From IMG/VR virus record IMGVR_UViG_3300024270_000002: a stretch of 64,000 nucleotides of DNA. One strand, written 5' to 3'. Both the position numbers and the translations under genes were made by a program. The notes beneath the pieces are model-generated. The model made no database searches and had not been told where the DNA came from. It worked only from the letters and a program-made list of their open reading frames with translations. Source of the stretch: a virus (Duplodnaviria; Caudoviricetes). Positions 46,734 to 58,100 of this stretch are shown here, piece after piece. How positions within the stretch are numbered: position 1 is the stretch's first letter; every line of letters starts with the position of its first letter.

Positions 46734-48899
46734 ATGAAAGAATCTGTTACTAAGTTTGATCTAGAGTCTGCTTTTAAGGCTCTTGATGAAATAGATATCC
46801 CAGTAGCTGATCAAGGTATTAGAGCTAACAGACCTGCACTTACGGAGATTTTTTCACGTAAATCTAAATTCGACTCTCTTTTCGAGGAGTACTATGATAT
46901 TGGTACTACTGACGGTCTTGATGGTGCTAAGGAAGCTCGTGAAGCTGAGGTAGCTAAAGCTAAGCTAGAGCGTATTGAAAAAATTGTTGATCTTGACGCT
47001 GAGTCTCCTGAAGACCTTCTTACGTCTTATGTTGGTAAGTATATTATGCAGTGTCCTCAGTGCATGACTCTTTTCTATAAAGATAAAGAAGATATTGTAG
47101 AGTCTGAGGAAGATCCTAATACTGTAAATGTAAATGAGATTTGTCAGCACTGTGGTAACGAATCTGGTTATACCCTAGTCGGTAAAGTGGGTGAAGCTGA
47201 GGCAGAAAATGCTGGAGAGCTACCTACTGACTTAGAGGCAACAGAAGCTGATGAGATTGACTTGGAGATGCCCACAGAAGAGCCTACGGAAGATGACCTT
47301 GAAATTGACCTCGATGCTATCAATCTTGACGAGGAGCCAGCGGAGGAAGAAGAAAAGACAGAGGAAGCTTTTGTAGTGCATACTGGCGAGTCTCTCATAG
47401 AGGATATCCAAGAGGACAAAGACCTTGATGCAAAGCTTGAGGCTCATAATGAATATATTGAGTATCTTAGGACTGCGATCTCTCAGGAAGAAGCAGCACT
47501 AGAAAAAGCTACTAATGAACAAGTTAAAGTTGCTATTCAAAGAAATATAGATGCTTTTAAAATTGACTTGGAGGCAGCACTTCCTGACGCAGTAAAAAAT
47601 GACGAGGCTATTGCTGAGAGTACTACAGAAGATACTACAGAAGATACTGTAGATGAGATGCCGGTTGAGGAAGCTCCTGTAGAGGTCGAAGAAGTTGTTG
47701 AGAGTCTGACAGAGTCTTTGCAAGAAGAAGCCGACCTTGAAGTATCTGCAGAAGAATTTGAAGAGCTTATTAACTCTCCTGAGTTTAAAAAGCCTATATC
47801 AGATACAGCGGCAAGAGCTATGATTGATGCTGAAAACGAGGAAGAAGATGTTAAAGAAAGTGCTGAGGCTAAGGAGGAAACTGACACCCTAGAGGAAGGT
47901 ATCTTCGACACACTTAAGTTAACACGTTCCAGTAAAGCAGAGTGGGTACTTAATAATGCATTAGTCGACTATGAGAAGGCTGTCGTGGATAAGAACGGCG
48001 GTGTGGAAACTAGTAAAGATAACAAACTTTTTAATGTTTTTGTTATTTTGTGTCTAAAGCCTGACGGTAACGGCGGTTTTGTAAGAGGTACAAAGTATGC
48101 TGACGTTAAGACAAAGTACAAAGATGCAGAAAATATCGCTAAAGGCTGGAGCATGAAGAGTGATGGTGGTCCTGCAGAAATCTATCTCACAAAGAGTGCA
48201 GATGCTGTTAACGGCGTATTCTTATGCAAATATATTAACGGCAAGCTTGATACTACTACAGATAAACTTGACGAAATTATTAATACAATAAAAAAAGACC
48301 AAAAAGGTAGTAAACTGCGTGTTAAAGGTGGAACTGACCAGTCTGAAACTCGTCAAATAGCCGCTTCTAATCTAAAGCAAGGTATGCAAATTAAAGTAGA
48401 TGACACAACTACGGGAGAAGTAGTTAAAGTAGCGCAGTCAAAGTCTAAAGCAGTTAAAAACCAATATGTTGTTAGTATTAAATACGCAGACGGTAAAACT
48501 GAAAATGAACGTGTTGATGGCAACTATGAGTTTACAGTTGTAAGAGACTCTATTAAAAACGAGAGTCTTGCTACAATAATGCACGATGTAGATGAATTAC
48601 AAGAGGCTGTGTTAGAGTCACTTATTTCTGACTCACTAGTAAAGACCTATGGTAATGTAGCAGGCTATAGATTAACTAACTGTAGTTATATAAATGAATC
48701 ACTTAATATTGCAGGCACTATCTATTTCACTTCTGGCAACACTAGAAAAACTACATATTCTTTCTACGAAGCTGGCACTGAAAATGATAAAGTCACGCTT
48801 ATTGGTCTAAATGAGAAGCTTGGTCACGGTAAGCAATTCGAACTTACCTGTAGCATTAAAAATAAAACACTTATTACTGAATCTTTCGGTCGTAAGTAA
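46734..48899 (+). CDS. Acidic virion-associated protein with CxxC pair
   Basis: CPQC/CQHC; many (L/V/I)xE-S/A sites; ATG 46734 after AAGGAG. Confidence 0.65.
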   Translation: MKESVTKFDLESAFKALDEIDIPVADQGIRANRPALTEIFSRKSKFDSLFEEYYDIGTTDGLDGAKEAREAEVAKAKLERIEKIVDLDAESPEDLLTSYVGKYIMQCPQCMTLFYKDKEDIVESEEDPNTVNVNEICQHCGNESGYTLVGKVGEAEAENAGELPTDLEATEADEIDLEMPTEEPTEDDLEIDLDAINLDEEPAEEEEKTEEAFVVHTGESLIEDIQEDKDLDAKLEAHNEYIEYLRTAISQEEAALEKATNEQVKVAIQRNIDAFKIDLEAALPDAVKNDEAIAESTTEDTTEDTVDEMPVEEAPVEVEEVVESLTESLQEEADLEVSAEEFEELINSPEFKKPISDTAARAMIDAENEEEDVKESAEAKEETDTLEEGIFDTLKLTRSSKAEWVLNNALVDYEKAVVDKNGGVETSKDNKLFNVFVILCLKPDGNGGFVRGTKYADVKTKYKDAENIAKGWSMKSDGGPAEIYLTKSADAVNGVFLCKYINGKLDTTTDKLDEIINTIKKDQKGSKLRVKGGTDQSETRQIAASNLKQGMQIKVDDTTTGEVVKVAQSKSKAVKNQYVVSIKYADGKTENERVDGNYEFTVVRDSIKNESLATIMHDVDELQEAVLESLISDSLVKTYGNVAGYRLTNCSYINESLNIAGTIYFTSGNTRKTTYSFYEAGTENDKVTLIGLNEKLGHGKQFELTCSIKNKTLITESFGRK

Positions 48900-48905
48900 C
48901 TAACT

Positions 48906-48943
48906 ATCAATACACAGTGTTTATTTAAGCACTGTGTATTGAT
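48906..48943. terminator. Long inverted repeat (terminator or mRNA-stabilising hairpin)
   Basis: ATCAATACACAGTG...CACTGTGTATTGAT. Confidence 0.7.
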
Positions 48944-48963
48944 GCTAAAAGAAAGGAGCTTAT

Positions 48964-49473
48964 ATGTCAAATAATGTAAAAGACTACGGTGTACTTATAC
49001 GTGACGAAATAAAATTACATCGTATGTGGTTTAAACAGTGCGTTGCCTTACATGGGATTAACTGCAAATATAGAGCTCCTATAGGTAAAGATTACGATAC
49101 ATATGGGGATCTTCAATCTGGGTACAAGCCAGAAATTATTGTAGGTTGTTTATTTGAAGAGCATCCAAACCAAAAATCCCTGAAAAAAGCGGGCTGGGTT
49201 GCTGAACTACAAGAAGGCTCATCTATAATACATGTACCATATGACTTACCAGGACTTCAAGTCGGTGCACTATTTAAAGTACCAAGTGGGCTAGACAACG
49301 GCAATGGTCGGCTATTCCGCGTGATAAGTATGTCAAACATCATGATATACCCTGCTTCTATTGCTTGCGAAATTGCACTTGAGTACGAGTCAGTTGATGA
49401 ACAGCGACTAAGCACGGCTGCCAACGAAAAAGAAGATATGCCACTACTTATAGATAGAGAGGATGATGACTAA
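48964..49473 (+). CDS. Neck/head-closure protein, gp14-like
   Basis: LHGINCKY, LKKAGW, LQVGALF..P; position in neck cluster. Confidence 0.55.
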   Translation: MSNNVKDYGVLIRDEIKLHRMWFKQCVALHGINCKYRAPIGKDYDTYGDLQSGYKPEIIVGCLFEEHPNQKSLKKAGWVAELQEGSSIIHVPYDLPGLQVGALFKVPSGLDNGNGRLFRVISMSNIMIYPASIACEIALEYESVDEQRLSTAANEKEDMPLLIDREDDD

Positions 49474-50486
49474 TGCCAAATACTCTGCTCGAAGCGAATT
49501 TTCCAACAGTTAACCTTCGCTCCATATATACGCAGACGGTAAATACTAATACAGCTAGCACCGAGTCTAGTGCAGACACAAAAGACGCTAATACAATACT
49601 AGCAGCAAAACTAGCTAGTCTTGGTTTCAATGATGACATTATTAAAAAACTAATTAGCTTTGGTGAACCATTTAAGAAGGTATGTACTGCACTTGGTTTT
49701 AAGCTGAATAATGCGACTGGTGGGAATCCTATACTTGCTTTTGTAAATCAAACATATGTACAAGAAAAGCTACTTAAAACAGATCTTTTAAATAGTCGTA
49801 CCTTTAAGGTTATCTATAATGCAGTTGCGAAAAAACTAGTGGCAGACAGCGAATTTTTTACTGAAAGAACCTATAACATAATCTATTGCCAAGACTTATA
49901 TAGTAAGTCTGTTCAGGAAATGGAAGAATATTTAATATTACAGCGCAGTATATTATCACCAACAGCTCAAAGCTATGATGGACAAACACAACTTAAAAAT
50001 AGACAAGTATTCCTATCTATAGATAACATTAAAAATTCAAATGGCGAAAAAGAGCTTGACCCAAATACATACGTAAAAAAAGTTAAAGCAATAACCCTTG
50101 ATGATAAAGCACTGCCAACAGTATTTAATGCTAAGCTCAACAGCATAGCAGTAGCTAAAGCAATCAGCGGTAGTAAACAAGAAGAGCCAAAAGCAATTAC
50201 TAAGAGCAATAAAGAACTTATTGCTATTTTAAAAAAGCTTACTACTATTGAAGACAAACTTGCTGTAATAATGTCATTGAGCGCAAGCACTAACAGCAAG
50301 AAAGCACAACAAGCACTAGTTGCTCCTGAGCTTGGCGGTGTTAGCGGGGATTTAGTTACAAAAGCTTTCTTACGGCTTTCTAAAGATGGTATATTACCAA
50401 AAGGTCAGTTAAGCACAGAGACTGCAGACACTTTAGTAGGTCTTATAATGGCTACACTTAAGTCAAAAGAAGAAGCTGATATATAA
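49473..50486 (+). CDS. Hypothetical virion-associated protein
   Basis: N-terminal LLEA site; in neck/tail operon. Confidence 0.6.
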   Translation: MPNTLLEANFPTVNLRSIYTQTVNTNTASTESSADTKDANTILAAKLASLGFNDDIIKKLISFGEPFKKVCTALGFKLNNATGGNPILAFVNQTYVQEKLLKTDLLNSRTFKVIYNAVAKKLVADSEFFTERTYNIIYCQDLYSKSVQEMEEYLILQRSILSPTAQSYDGQTQLKNRQVFLSIDNIKNSNGEKELDPNTYVKKVKAITLDDKALPTVFNAKLNSIAVAKAISGSKQEEPKAITKSNKELIAILKKLTTIEDKLAVIMSLSASTNSKKAQQALVAPELGGVSGDLVTKAFLRLSKDGILPKGQLSTETADTLVGLIMATLKSKEEADI

Positions 50487-50488
50487 TT

Positions 50489-50818
50489 ATGTTTTTTACT
50501 ATTAAAAACAAACGCAAGCAATCTACTGAACAATTGCGTACAGATACTTTGCTTGCTGCGTACTTTGTAATAAAAAATTATCCAATACATGCGTCTGACC
50601 TTATGCTGGACAGGTTTATTCAGCAGCAATATAAGGTGTCGTTAAAGGATATGTGTATTAAACTACTACTAAGCCTTACTTTTAGTATGGATAGTAAAAA
50701 CAATTTAATACTTCTATTTAAAGACCCTAGGTATGATAAAATTGCTCGCTTAATTACGTACGGCAACGGCGCAATACCTGGAAGCAAAATTCTTCAAATA
50801 GCACTAAATAATAGATAG
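50489..50818 (+). CDS. Hypothetical protein (possible tail completion)
   Basis: ARLITYGNG motif; position before tail terminator. Confidence 0.55.
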   Translation: MFFTIKNKRKQSTEQLRTDTLLAAYFVIKNYPIHASDLMLDRFIQQQYKVSLKDMCIKLLLSLTFSMDSKNNLILLFKDPRYDKIARLITYGNGAIPGSKILQIALNNR

Positions 50819-50835
50819 AAGGATGTGGACTACTG

Positions 50836-51483
50836 ATGGCAATAAGTTATTATGATGAAGCTATTACACAAAAAATTAAGGGTTGGCTAGCAGACTCTTC
50901 TCAACTTAGAGTGCTATCTCCTGACGAGTCAACAAGATTACTTCAGCTGCAAGCAGAAGACTCTAGTGACCAGCCGCTAAAGCTTCCGCTAATTGCGATA
51001 TCAAGAAATAGAGACATTGAGATTGAGTCAACAATAAAACAAAACAAATCTTTTAATGGTATTGTTATTGGTAAAGATACAGAAAGTGCAACTACCGTTC
51101 ACCTAAATGTGATACCAATAAAAACTACGTACCAGCTCGATATTTATACAAAACAGCGCATTGAAGCAGATGAATACGTACGACAATATTTATTTAAGTT
51201 AATAAATAATCCGCAAATAATTATTGATATTCCCTATAACAGCGCAAATAACGGCTGTGTAGTTAGACATACTGCGAATTTAAGAGTATTAAATACCGTG
51301 TCAGACACCAGTGACATACCTACACATATTTTCCCAGGTCAGTTTTATAAGTGGACAATACAACTTGAACTGCAGGATGGCTTTTTATTTAGTATACCAC
51401 AAAAGAAAAACTGGCGGTTCATTGGCTGTGAAGTAGCACTTTCAGACAAGATAGTTGACCCAACCTATGAACAAATAATATAA
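50836..51483 (+). CDS. Tail terminator/sheath stabiliser, gp15-like
   Basis: LPLIAISR, IPIKTTYQLDIY; immediately before sheath. Confidence 0.65.
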   Translation: MAISYYDEAITQKIKGWLADSSQLRVLSPDESTRLLQLQAEDSSDQPLKLPLIAISRNRDIEIESTIKQNKSFNGIVIGKDTESATTVHLNVIPIKTTYQLDIYTKQRIEADEYVRQYLFKLINNPQIIIDIPYNSANNGCVVRHTANLRVLNTVSDTSDIPTHIFPGQFYKWTIQLELQDGFLFSIPQKKNWRFIGCEVALSDKIVDPTYEQII

Positions 51484-51571
51484 CTAAATAAAAATAATTT
51501 GCTAAATTATTTGAAAGTCTTGAACAAATAGTTCAAATAAATTAATAATAAAAACAAGGAGATACATTAGT

Positions 51572-53209
51572 ATGCCAAGAATACGTATAAATGAAAAGGA
51601 CCTCACCAGCCCAGGCACGCCAGGTAGATACGGTAATTACGCTGTCTTAATTGCTGGATATCTAGGTGAGCCGTCTTCTGATCCAACAAAAGTGCAGGAT
51701 CCTGATGAGAATGGCGTTTATGAGTTTAGTTCTGCTCAAGCTTTTAAAGATACTATTGGGTTAGTAAGTGAGAAACCAGACGGAGAAACCGTTTATCACT
51801 ATGGTAATAAAATGGCTTATGAGCTATTAAACCTAGGTTATACCGTTATTTATAAACCTTTTAATACCGTCTTGGAAGAAAACGGTATTACTACAGAAAC
51901 TTTCTGGGAAATCTTTAAAGATAAAGCAAGCTATGACTTCAGATTTGTCAGCCATGGTCTACTTGAGGCTGTTAATGATACAACATATGATAGTAATTGT
52001 ATTAAACGCGATGCAATGGAAGCTGACCTAGAGCTGCTAAAAGAAATTGAAAAAGAGGCAGGAATTCCTGAAAACATTGAAGCATTTACTCTAGACCAGG
52101 TAAAGACTTGTGATGAGATCTTTGCCGAAAAGCTTGAAAATGGTAATTTCGGTAGTTTTTCTTCTGATAACATCTATGCAGTACCCTATACGCTGTATCA
52201 CGTGGCTGCAGGTTTTAGTAGTGATCAAGGCGGCAAAAAAGACACAACAAAAGGCATTCCTGGCGAGTTGGCTGGGGTAGTGGGTAATATCAAGTCTGCG
52301 GATGGTAGTAGCGTGACCGCTGGCGTTATTAATACAGTAAACAGTCATATTGCTAAGCTTGCTAGCTATAGAACCGATGACAGTGGCGTTGTATTAAGAA
52401 ACGGTCGTGGTGACTGTACTGCACTCATTGAACTTAATGAGGGCGCTTATAATAAGCCTGCAGCAACAGATAGACCTGAAGCGCTTATTATTAGTGGTAT
52501 TAAAGGTATGTCTAGATTTATTGGTGATGATGGTGAATACTGTGCGCTGACGGTTCCAAGTGTTCATTATTATGTTGATGGCAAAAAGACTGATAAGATG
52601 CCAGGCGCATTCCACTACCTGGCGTGCTTCATGAATTCTCTTGGTGCCGGTTTTGCAGAATGGTATGCGGCAGCTGGATATAATCGTGGTGTATCTAGTT
52701 ATGTAATTGATCATACGTCAGTCAAGCTCGGTGAAATTGCTATTAATGCGCTTGAACCTAGAAATATTGAAAATCAGGCGACACAGCCTCCTTTTGCGTG
52801 CAATGTAATTGCAAACTTTAGAGGAAGCTACTACCTATGGGGTAATAGAACTGCAGCGCCTCTTGGTGACGCAGCTGGCGGTGATGACCTAACTGCAAAG
52901 CACTTCCTTAACATTAGACAACTTTGTTCTACTATTAAGAAGCAACTCTATATTTCTTGCAGACGTTTCACATTTGACCCTAATAGCGATACCCTTTGGA
53001 TTAGCTTTGTAGATTCTATCACACCAACTCTCGATGCTATGAAAGCGGATCAGGGTATTAGAGATTATAAAGTTATTAAAGAGGCTACTGATAAGAAAGC
53101 AACGCTTAAGGCTAAAATCAGAATTATTCCTATCGAAGCTGTAGAAGACTTTGATATTATGATAACTCTTGAAGATTCCTTCGGTGTCGCTTCAGTTACA
53201 GCTGTATAA
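51572..53209 (+). CDS. Contractile tail sheath protein
   Basis: MPRIRINEKD, WYAAAGYNRG, LWGNRT, LNIRQL, FDPN, PIEAVE. Confidence 0.92.
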   Translation: MPRIRINEKDLTSPGTPGRYGNYAVLIAGYLGEPSSDPTKVQDPDENGVYEFSSAQAFKDTIGLVSEKPDGETVYHYGNKMAYELLNLGYTVIYKPFNTVLEENGITTETFWEIFKDKASYDFRFVSHGLLEAVNDTTYDSNCIKRDAMEADLELLKEIEKEAGIPENIEAFTLDQVKTCDEIFAEKLENGNFGSFSSDNIYAVPYTLYHVAAGFSSDQGGKKDTTKGIPGELAGVVGNIKSADGSSVTAGVINTVNSHIAKLASYRTDDSGVVLRNGRGDCTALIELNEGAYNKPAATDRPEALIISGIKGMSRFIGDDGEYCALTVPSVHYYVDGKKTDKMPGAFHYLACFMNSLGAGFAEWYAAAGYNRGVSSYVIDHTSVKLGEIAINALEPRNIENQATQPPFACNVIANFRGSYYLWGNRTAAPLGDAAGGDDLTAKHFLNIRQLCSTIKKQLYISCRRFTFDPNSDTLWISFVDSITPTLDAMKADQGIRDYKVIKEATDKKATLKAKIRIIPIEAVEDFDIMITLEDSFGVASVTAV

Positions 53210-53232
53210 TTAACTGAAAGGAGATTTAAAAT

Positions 53233-53844
53233 ATGGCAAGTACTAAAGAGTTACTATCTGCAACACACATTAGCTCACACTTAGAAGATTATGAAGCTGC
53301 TAGATCTGGTTTTTTTACACTTTTTGTCAACGGTCTTACTAATATTCCTAAAGCAACATTCTCAGGCGAAGGCGACCCACAAGCTGACGACAAGCTAAAA
53401 TCAACAGCATCGGATATTTTGCAGCTTAACGTTGTTCAGGCGCCAGTTCCGCACTTTCAGCTTGAGAAGCTAAGTTACAAACGCGGCAATGACACTGTAA
53501 CATTCGCTGGAGTGCCTACATTTAGCGATGGTGAAATTACAGTTGACGATGTTGTTGGTTTGAATACCAAAGCTATTCTTATGGCTTGGCAGGGGCAGGC
53601 TTATAATGTTCATACTCGTAAAGGTGGACTTATGAAGGATTATAAGAAAACTGCTACACTAATAGAGTATACGCAAGATTTTAAGCAAATCAGAAGCTGG
53701 AAACTCTATGGATGTTGGATTCAAAACATTACGGAAGATAACTTCAACAAAGAGCAGGATGGGGCAAGAAAAATTCGTGCAACAATCGTTTATGACCGTG
53801 CTGAAATGCAAGAGGTCGAGAATAGCGCAATTACGTACCCTTAA
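53233..53844 (+). CDS. Tail tube protein, gp19-like
   Basis: FAG..TF, YKK, WKLYGCW, IVYD; follows sheath. Confidence 0.88.
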   Translation: MASTKELLSATHISSHLEDYEAARSGFFTLFVNGLTNIPKATFSGEGDPQADDKLKSTASDILQLNVVQAPVPHFQLEKLSYKRGNDTVTFAGVPTFSDGEITVDDVVGLNTKAILMAWQGQAYNVHTRKGGLMKDYKKTATLIEYTQDFKQIRSWKLYGCWIQNITEDNFNKEQDGARKIRATIVYDRAEMQEVENSAITYP

Positions 53845-53855
53845 TAATTTAAACA

Positions 53856-53900
53856 AATAAAAATAAAGAGCAGAATTTAATCTGCTCTTTATTTTTATTT
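53856..53900 (+). terminator. Terminator after tube gene
   Basis: AAGAGCAGA-ATTTAA-TCTGCTCTTTATTTTT. Confidence 0.8.
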
Positions 53901-53975
53901 TTAATAAATCTATTTATCTTTTGCTAAATTATATGACGTGTTTATAAATATATCGTAAATGAAAGGAACCTTGCT

Positions 53976-54140
53976 ATGGGAAGAAAAAAAGTAGACAGGA
54001 GCGATAAAGTAATACAAACTTTTGAGTCGTCTAAGCCTTTAGTTGAAAGACTTAAACTTACTGCCAAAGAAAGAGATATTACAGTATCTGCGCTTATAAG
54101 ATATATTTTAGAGCACTATTTTGAAAATCGTGAGCTTTAA
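53976..54140 (+). CDS. Second RHH DNA-binding protein, 54 aa (not in ORF track)
   Basis: IQTFESSKPLVERLKLTAKERDITVSALIRYILE; TGAAAGGA RBS; late motif at 53922. Confidence 0.75.
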   Translation: MGRKKVDRSDKVIQTFESSKPLVERLKLTAKERDITVSALIRYILEHYFENREL

Positions 54141-54169
54141 AACTCACTCTAAAAGAAAGGTATATTATT

Positions 54170-54937
54170 ATGGAAATGAGACAAACTGACTTTACTATTA
54201 TGGAAGGCTATGAGCTTCCGTCAAAAGGAAAGATCTACAATGAAAATGTAAATCCACATGTTGAGCTGCGGTCTATGACAGCACGTGAAGAGATGCGCCG
54301 CTTGTCACCGTCTAGCACACCACTTAAGACCCTTGCAGATATTATCGAAGATTGCTGCATTGAAAAACCTGCCATACATGTATATGATATGAGCTTAGGC
54401 GACTATGAATTTTTACTCCATAAACTTAGAATAGTCACTTACGGCGAAGACTATAAAGTAGCACTACGCTGTTCTGAATGTGGAGAGCTGATTGAGACTG
54501 TTGCTAAGTTAGATCAATTAAATGTTAAGGAATTTGATGAGGAGCTTGTGCATAATCTTCAGACGTTTTCGCTCCCTAAGAGCGGTCGCACAATTACGCT
54601 AAACTTTTTAACACCTCGTAGAGTAGAAGAAACTGAGGTTAAAATAAAAGATATGAAACGTAGATATAAGACAGCTACTATCGATTTTGAAACACTTGTT
54701 CGTTTACTTATGAATATTGACCTTGTCGACGGAGATAAGAAAACAGAACACGAGCTTGAAAACTTTATTACTAACCTGCCGGCGCTTGACTTACAGAAGA
54801 TTTTAAACAATATTGATAAGCTAAATCAGCAGATTGGCTTGGATAATATTTTATATTTAACTTGCCCAAAATGTGGTGAGGAAATAACTACCTTTTTTCG
54901 CTTCGGGCCCGAGTTTTTTAGACCCTCAACTATCTAA
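54170..54937 (+). CDS. Tail/baseplate-hub assembly chaperone, gp26-like
   Basis: LPSKG, LRSMTAREE, LRIVTYG, CSEC and CPKC; FFRP end; before tape measure. Confidence 0.8.
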   Translation: MEMRQTDFTIMEGYELPSKGKIYNENVNPHVELRSMTAREEMRRLSPSSTPLKTLADIIEDCCIEKPAIHVYDMSLGDYEFLLHKLRIVTYGEDYKVALRCSECGELIETVAKLDQLNVKEFDEELVHNLQTFSLPKSGRTITLNFLTPRRVEETEVKIKDMKRRYKTATIDFETLVRLLMNIDLVDGDKKTEHELENFITNLPALDLQKILNNIDKLNQQIGLDNILYLTCPKCGEEITTFFRFGPEFFRPSTI

Positions 54938-55139
54938 CGATGGTACCCCTTACGGGCCTAAGCGTTATAAGGAAATTGTAAAAGAGTGCTGGTATATAAG
55001 TGACAATTTAAATACTAGCTATACTGATGTGCTAAACTTAGCATATCTCGATAGAATATTTTTAATTAATTGTATAAACGAAAAGAAGGAAGCTACTATG
55101 CAAGCGATGGCTGAGGCCAGACAGGCTGCAGGTCGATAA
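54915..55139 (+). CDS. Start-less gp51-like ORF in the +1 frame, probable frameshift extension of the chaperone
   Basis: Frame open 54888-55139: LDPQLSNDGTPYGPKRYKEIVKECWYISDNLNTSYTDVLNLAYLDRIFLI...; no RBS/start; overlaps T6 runs. Confidence 0.65.
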   Translation, partial: FLDPQLSNDGTPYGPKRYKEIVKECWYISDNLNTSYTDVLNLAYLDRIFLINCINEKKEATMQAMAEARQAAGR

Positions 55140-55165
55140 CTTTAAAATTAAGGAGGAAAGATTGT

Positions 55166-58100
55166 ATGGCAGATAGAGAGCTAGGCAAGCTATCATCAGA
55201 ACAAATACAAAAACTTGCTAACACAATTTCAGAAGCAAAAAGCCTAACCAGCCAGCAAGAGGAAATTATTACAAAAGTGCTTGAAGGCGAAATTGAGATT
55301 GGAAATACTAGAATTGCTTCGCTAGAAAAGTATTTTGATATATATTCTAGAAACCTTGATAAGGTAGCTAGTAAGTACAGTGACCTAGACGACGCTTTTT
55401 TAGTTCTTAACAACAAACTTACTGAAAACTACAAGAAGCTTTCCTCTGATATAACTAAGCTAAGTGAACAGCTAAAAAAGGCCACAGAGGACTCTGGTGA
55501 AGCTACTTCAAACAGGTCTTCAAAAAAATCTAATGAAACCGATGACACTAAAAATAATAAGCCTGCAACGCAAGGTCTTACTAGTGACCTTATAGATAAA
55601 GACACTGCAAGTGCTATTAGACAAATAGCAAAGGCACTCACAGAGCGACCTAGACCAGATACTGCGACTGCTTATACACCGCTAAGCGGTGGACAGATGC
55701 GAGACGCTTTTACTGTTAACGGATCTAGTGATGGAGGTGTTACAGGACAATCTGGACAACCGTCTATACCTGATACTGTTGACGTCGGGCAAATAGTTAC
55801 AGAAGCTTCCGGTGAATTACTACGACCAGAAAGAACATCTGCTGACATTGTGGAGCATTTGCGCAGCATTGAAACTGTTCGTAAGGCAATAGAAGAACTT
55901 CATGCGGCAGAAGAAGAAGCAAGAAAGACCGGAGATTATGCTAGACTAGAAGCTGCTAAAAATAATTATGATCAAATAGCGGAAAGTCACAACGAGCATC
56001 TAAAAACTTTAAAGTTAGCTCGTGATAAATATTTAAATAGCATAATAGAAGCAGAGGAAGCTACAAAGAAAAAATCTGCAGACCTTGAACTTGCTAAGTT
56101 ACATACACAAGAAATGCAAGAAGCTCGGTATACTGAATTTCGTCTAAAGGAGCTTGACAAGGTTTTAGATGCTGAACTAGCCGCTAAAGAATTTGAAAAT
56201 CAACTTGCAGCTGAAATTAAATTTGCAAACTCAGATGAAGGTATTGATCTCAGAATACGTGAAGCACAGGCCAAAGATGAGCTGGCTTCCGCTAAAGAAC
56301 TTGCTGCAAGGAAGGCTAATTTTATTGTCGAAGCCGAGCGACAAGCAAGACTCGCAGCTAAAAATGATGACGAGTATAAGGAAGCTGTTAAACGTATAAG
56401 AAAAGAAGCCGACATAAAGTTTAAAGCAGATAAAGAAACACTTGAAAAACTAACAAAAGAACGTCTTACTCAAGAAGCTAAAGAGGCAGACAAAAAGAAA
56501 GAAGCGAAAAAAAAGGAACTTCGCGAACTCGGTGAAAACATTTTAACTAGTGGCCCACTATTTGGTAAAAATGGTATAAAGGCAAGGTATAATGATTTCG
56601 TTGAAAACGCTGTAAAGAATGCAGAAGAAAATGGTGACGACGCAGAAGATGCAAAAACTGCAGCACAGATACAAGGCGCCGTGCTCGCTATTAGCAGCTT
56701 AGCTAAACAGCTTGAGAACACTGTCGACCAAATAGCATCTTATAAGGGTGATATTGATACTCGTCTGCAAGGCTCGAATAATGAAAAGTATGCTGGCTCA
56801 TACTGGGATCGACTCGCTAAAGATATGATAAGCGTCGGTGCAGTAACGCCATACTTCAAACAAGAAGACTTCGCTAATAATATAAAAACATTAGTAGATC
56901 GTGGTATTGCTTTTGATCTAAAGCAGCGCGCTTTCTTAATGACGATTCAAGAAAAGATTGCAAATACTTTTGATGTTGCTGACGGCACACTATTAAGGTT
57001 AATCCGAATTCAGCAAGAAGATTCTACCGCAGGCCGTCTTGGCATGGAATCCGCCCTAAACTCGTTTTTAAATGAGATGTACGAAAATACTGAATATTTA
57101 AAAGACGTGGCAGCGAGCGTTCGTGGTAGCTTACAAGAAATGGAAGCACTTATGGGCGGCGCAGAGGCAACAGAAGTTGAGTACCAGGTTCAAAAATGGA
57201 TGGGCTCTCTATATTCAGTAGGTATGTCGCAAGATGCCGTGCAGAGTATTGCTAACGCCCTTGGCCAAATAGCTGCTGGGCAGGTTGATGCTCTCACTAG
57301 CGGCAACGGAGCAGGAAATTTATTAGTCATGGCTGCTAATGAAGCCGGTATTCCTATTGCGGATATTCTAGCAGAGGGTCTAGATTCGACAGAGACTAAT
57401 AAATTATTACAGGCTACCGTAAACTATTTGGCCGACATCGCTGAATCCACAGAAGGCAATAATGTAGTACAGCAACAGCTAGCTAACGTATTCGGTGTTA
57501 AAGCCTCTGATCTTAGAGCGGCAACAAACTTAGCTGTTCCAGGAACTACTGAAGATATTTTTAAAGAGTCCCTATCATATGACAACATGTTGCGCCAACT
57601 ATATAAAATGGCAGGCAGTATGGGGTTAAGAACAAGTCTCGGTGAAAAGATGTCAAATGTCTGGGCAAACGGTCAATACACTTTAGCAGGAAGCATGGCA
57701 AGTAACCCAATGTCTTATTTACTTTATAAAACAGCTACGTTACTAGATAATACTGTTGGTGGCATCGACTTTAGCATACCACTAATAATGGGTAACGGTA
57801 CAGCTCAAACATTTAATGTCGCTGACATTATGCGCGTAGGTGCAATAGGTGGTGGCGTGCTTGGAAGTCTTGGTCAACTAGTAAAGGGCTTAGCGTCGTC
57901 TTTTAGTGGACACAGGATGCTGGCTAGTATGGGTATTGAGTCTGGCTCTGGTCTTAAAGTAACTCCAAGAGGTACTGGCGCAGGTGTCGGTGCGGGAGAT
58001 GCCGGAGATGGAGGCAAATCCACATCAGGCTCTGGCTACGTAGGAAACGCAAATGCGAGTGATATAAAGAAGTCTACTATACAAGAAACAAAGGACTCTG

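Noticed and set aside
50816-50838. TAG stop of ORF 50489 read through to a TGATG overlap with the next gene
   Set aside because: Single case, no matching in-frame landing codon, and the interval simply holds the next gene's RBS
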